DNA of 10,787 nucleotides from Escherichia coli (GTDB lineage Bacteria; Pseudomonadota; Gammaproteobacteria; Enterobacterales; Enterobacteriaceae): NCBI RefSeq assembly GCF_003334815.1, contig NZ_QOWO01000060.1; one strand, 5' to 3'. Shown piece by piece: positions 9,448 to 10,787 of this stretch (position 1 is its first letter; each line of letters starts with the position of its first letter). The notes under the pieces were generated by a model. It saw only the letters and a program-made list of their open reading frames with translations, ran no database searches and was not told where the DNA came from. The position numbers and the translations under genes were made by a program.

Positions 9448-9481
9448 AAATCTTCACCTAGGTTGCGGAAGAGCCACTTTT
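9443..9481. repeat. ISL3 right terminal inverted repeat (overlaps the transposase 3' end)
   Basis: Reverse complement matches the left repeat; see the element entry. Confidence 0.75.
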
Positions 9482-9487
9482 GCACTG

Positions 9488-9819
9488 TTCGTGACAGTAT
9501 GGCCTTTATGTACTCACTTTGTTACCGGTAGCTGAATCATCACTACCGTGCTGCAAATGGTGGTGAACAGCATCAATTGTGGAATGAATGTTGCCGAAGC
9601 GACCAATGCGCCTCGTTTCCACCATCAGTGGTTGCCGGACGAGCTGCGTGTTGAAAAGGGTTTAGTCCGGATACGCTCAAGCTGCTGGAAGCAAAAGGTC
9701 AGAAAGTGGCGCTGAATGAGGCGATGGGCAGCACGCAAAGCATTATGGTTGGGTCGGATGGTGAGTTGTACGGCGCATCCGACTCGCGCTTGGTGGATGA
9801 TTTAACGGCGGGGTATTAA
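9488..9819 (+). pseudogene. ggt: gamma-Glutamyltranspeptidase 3' remnant with in-frame TGA, small deletion and 1-bp frameshift
   Basis: Reads ...VTGS*IITTVLQMVVNSINCGMNVAEATNAPRFHHQWLPDELRVEKG, then a frameshift, then FSPDTLKLLEAKGQKVALNEAMGSTQSIMVGSDGELYGASDSRLVDDLTAGY and TAA at 9817..9819. This matches the C-terminal roughly 100 residues of enterobacterial GGT as I recall them. Relative to that, the SPGGSR stretch is replaced by TGA (9533..9535) and the GFSPD codons have lost one T near 9658. Homology begins within a few bases of the ISL3 right end. Confidence 0.75.
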
Positions 9820-9826
9820 TTGACAT

Positions 9827-9849
9827 CCCCCGGCGCAGTGTGCCGGGGG
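9827..9849. terminator. Hairpin between convergent ggt remnant and phosphotriesterase-family gene (likely bidirectional terminator)
   Basis: CCCCCGGC (9827..9834), 7-nt loop, GCCGGGGG (9842..9849) is a perfect 8-bp GC-rich stem in the 39-bp gap between the two stop codons. Flanking U-tracts are modest on both strands. Confidence 0.5.
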
Positions 9850-9858
9850 ATAATGGTT

Positions 9859-10689
9859 TTATGCGGTCAATAATCGTCCGGGATTATCGATACAGAGTTT
9901 TTTGAGGATCGTTTTATCGACGCCGCGCTCCGCCAGATAGGCCAGAAAAACATCTGGAACAAATCCCCAGCCATTACCGCCATTTTTAGCCCACATTTGT
10001 TTAAGGAAGACATCGTGGCTGAGAACAAGCTGATCGGCGTATCCCAACTCAATGAGATGAGCGACGGCATCGGCAGTCTCCTGCACCCCTGGCGCTATTC
10101 CCTCTTTCGGGAAGGTAATGTCTAGGCCAATCATGTCGAATTCCAGCCAGACACCCTTATCAAGCATTTTCCGCTGATACGCCACGTCTTTTCCTGACGG
10201 ATCCGAGTGTGCGAGAGAGACTTTATTTGGCGAGACGCCCATTTCACCTAACACAATGTCGAGTACTTCATCACCGCGACGAAGCCAGCCCGGCATGTGA
10301 ATATTCATCGCCACATGAGGATTGTTAATCTGTGCCAGCGAGGCAGCCCGCAAGCTGTTATGCTCGGCTTCGGTAAATGTCGGTGAGACACCTATTTCAC
10401 CGATCATTCCGGCACGAATATCCGTATCGCCAATCCCTTGATTCAATTCTTTATCAATCGTTGCCGCCAGTTCATCAACCGTTTTATGAATTCTCTGGCT
10501 TTCAAATTTTTCCAGGTAGGGACCGGAGGAAGCAACAATATTCAGACCTGTTTTTAATGCGACTTCTCGTAATGCCTGCGCATCTCGTCCGATAGACTCA
10601 GACCCTGTGGCATCAACAATGGTGCGACCACCGAGCGAGATAAAGTTATTAATTTCGAAGATCACATCTTCAATAGGTTTGCGGTCCAT
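9859..10689 (-). CDS. Phosphotriesterase-family (PTE/Php-like amidohydrolase) protein, apparently missing the N-terminal His-x-His region
   Basis: 276-aa ORF with ...GGRTIVDATGSESIGRDAQALREVALKTGLNIVASSGPY...IRAGMIGEIGVS...LSHDVFLKQMWAKNGGNGWGF...NPGRLL, which aligns to E. coli Php from about residue 45 onward as I recall it. ATG 10689 is the only in-frame start; a stop lies in frame at 10743..10741. Confidence 0.65.
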   Translation of the reverse strand: MDRKPIEDVIFEINNFISLGGRTIVDATGSESIGRDAQALREVALKTGLNIVASSGPYLEKFESQRIHKTVDELAATIDKELNQGIGDTDIRAGMIGEIGVSPTFTEAEHNSLRAASLAQINNPHVAMNIHMPGWLRRGDEVLDIVLGEMGVSPNKVSLAHSDPSGKDVAYQRKMLDKGVWLEFDMIGLDITFPKEGIAPGVQETADAVAHLIELGYADQLVLSHDVFLKQMWAKNGGNGWGFVPDVFLAYLAERGVDKTILKKLCIDNPGRLLTA

Positions 10690-10775
10690 ATTATCAGCGC
10701 AGCAATAAGGTGATCTTACCCAGCAATAGTGGACACGCGGCTAAGTGAGTAAACTCTCAGTCAGAGGTGACTCAC

Positions 10776-10787
10776 ATGACAAAAACA
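10776..10787 (+). CDS. Start of an unidentified plus-strand gene (4 codons, MTKT) running off the window
   Basis: ATG at 10776 preceded by AGAGGTGA (10763..10770) at 5-nt spacing, divergent from the PTE-family gene. Too short to identify. Confidence 0.25.

Larger units (their letters stand above)
7748..9481 (+). mobile_element. ISL3-family insertion sequence with imperfect terminal inverted repeats
   Basis: Left end AAAAGTGGTTCTTCCGCAACCTGGGTGG... (7748 onward) matches the reverse complement of the right end AAAAGTGGCTCTTCCGCAACCTAGGTG... (ending 9481) at about 30 of the first 33 positions. These repeats bracket an ISL3-type transposase reading frame. Confidence 0.8.

Noticed and set aside
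7740-9490. 8-bp target-site duplication flanking the ISL3 element
   Set aside because: The sequences immediately outside the repeats are not direct repeats of each other under any plausible end definition.

Overview
This window reads as a decayed, mosaic accessory region of an enterobacterial chromosome (Escherichia/Shigella-like by gene content); nothing in it is a clearly complete, previously undescribed system, and all family calls are from reading the translations, not from searches. From left to right, on the minus strand: the tail of a CP4-type island module (YeeT-like start, RadC-like JAB protein, KlcA/ArdB-type antirestriction protein), an unidentified gene remnant, and an internal fragment of an Ag43-family autotransporter. 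Then comes about 1.5 kb of ORF-poor sequence with strong hairpins, followed on the plus strand by a YagK/YfjJ-like gene and two paralogous Cys-rich small proteins split by an IS110-family element. An ISL3-family element with clear terminal inverted repeats follows, then a degraded 3' remnant of ggt, a hairpin terminator, and a convergent phosphotriesterase-family gene with a damaged 5' end. Both transposase genes are interrupted only by in-frame stop codons (one in IS110, three in ISL3) with no frameshifts. The most interesting leads are the paralogous Cys-rich pair next to the HUH-like YagK/YfjJ gene, the structured ORF-poor region at 3288..4842, and the non-coding left end of the IS110 element, which is where bridge RNAs are encoded in this family.
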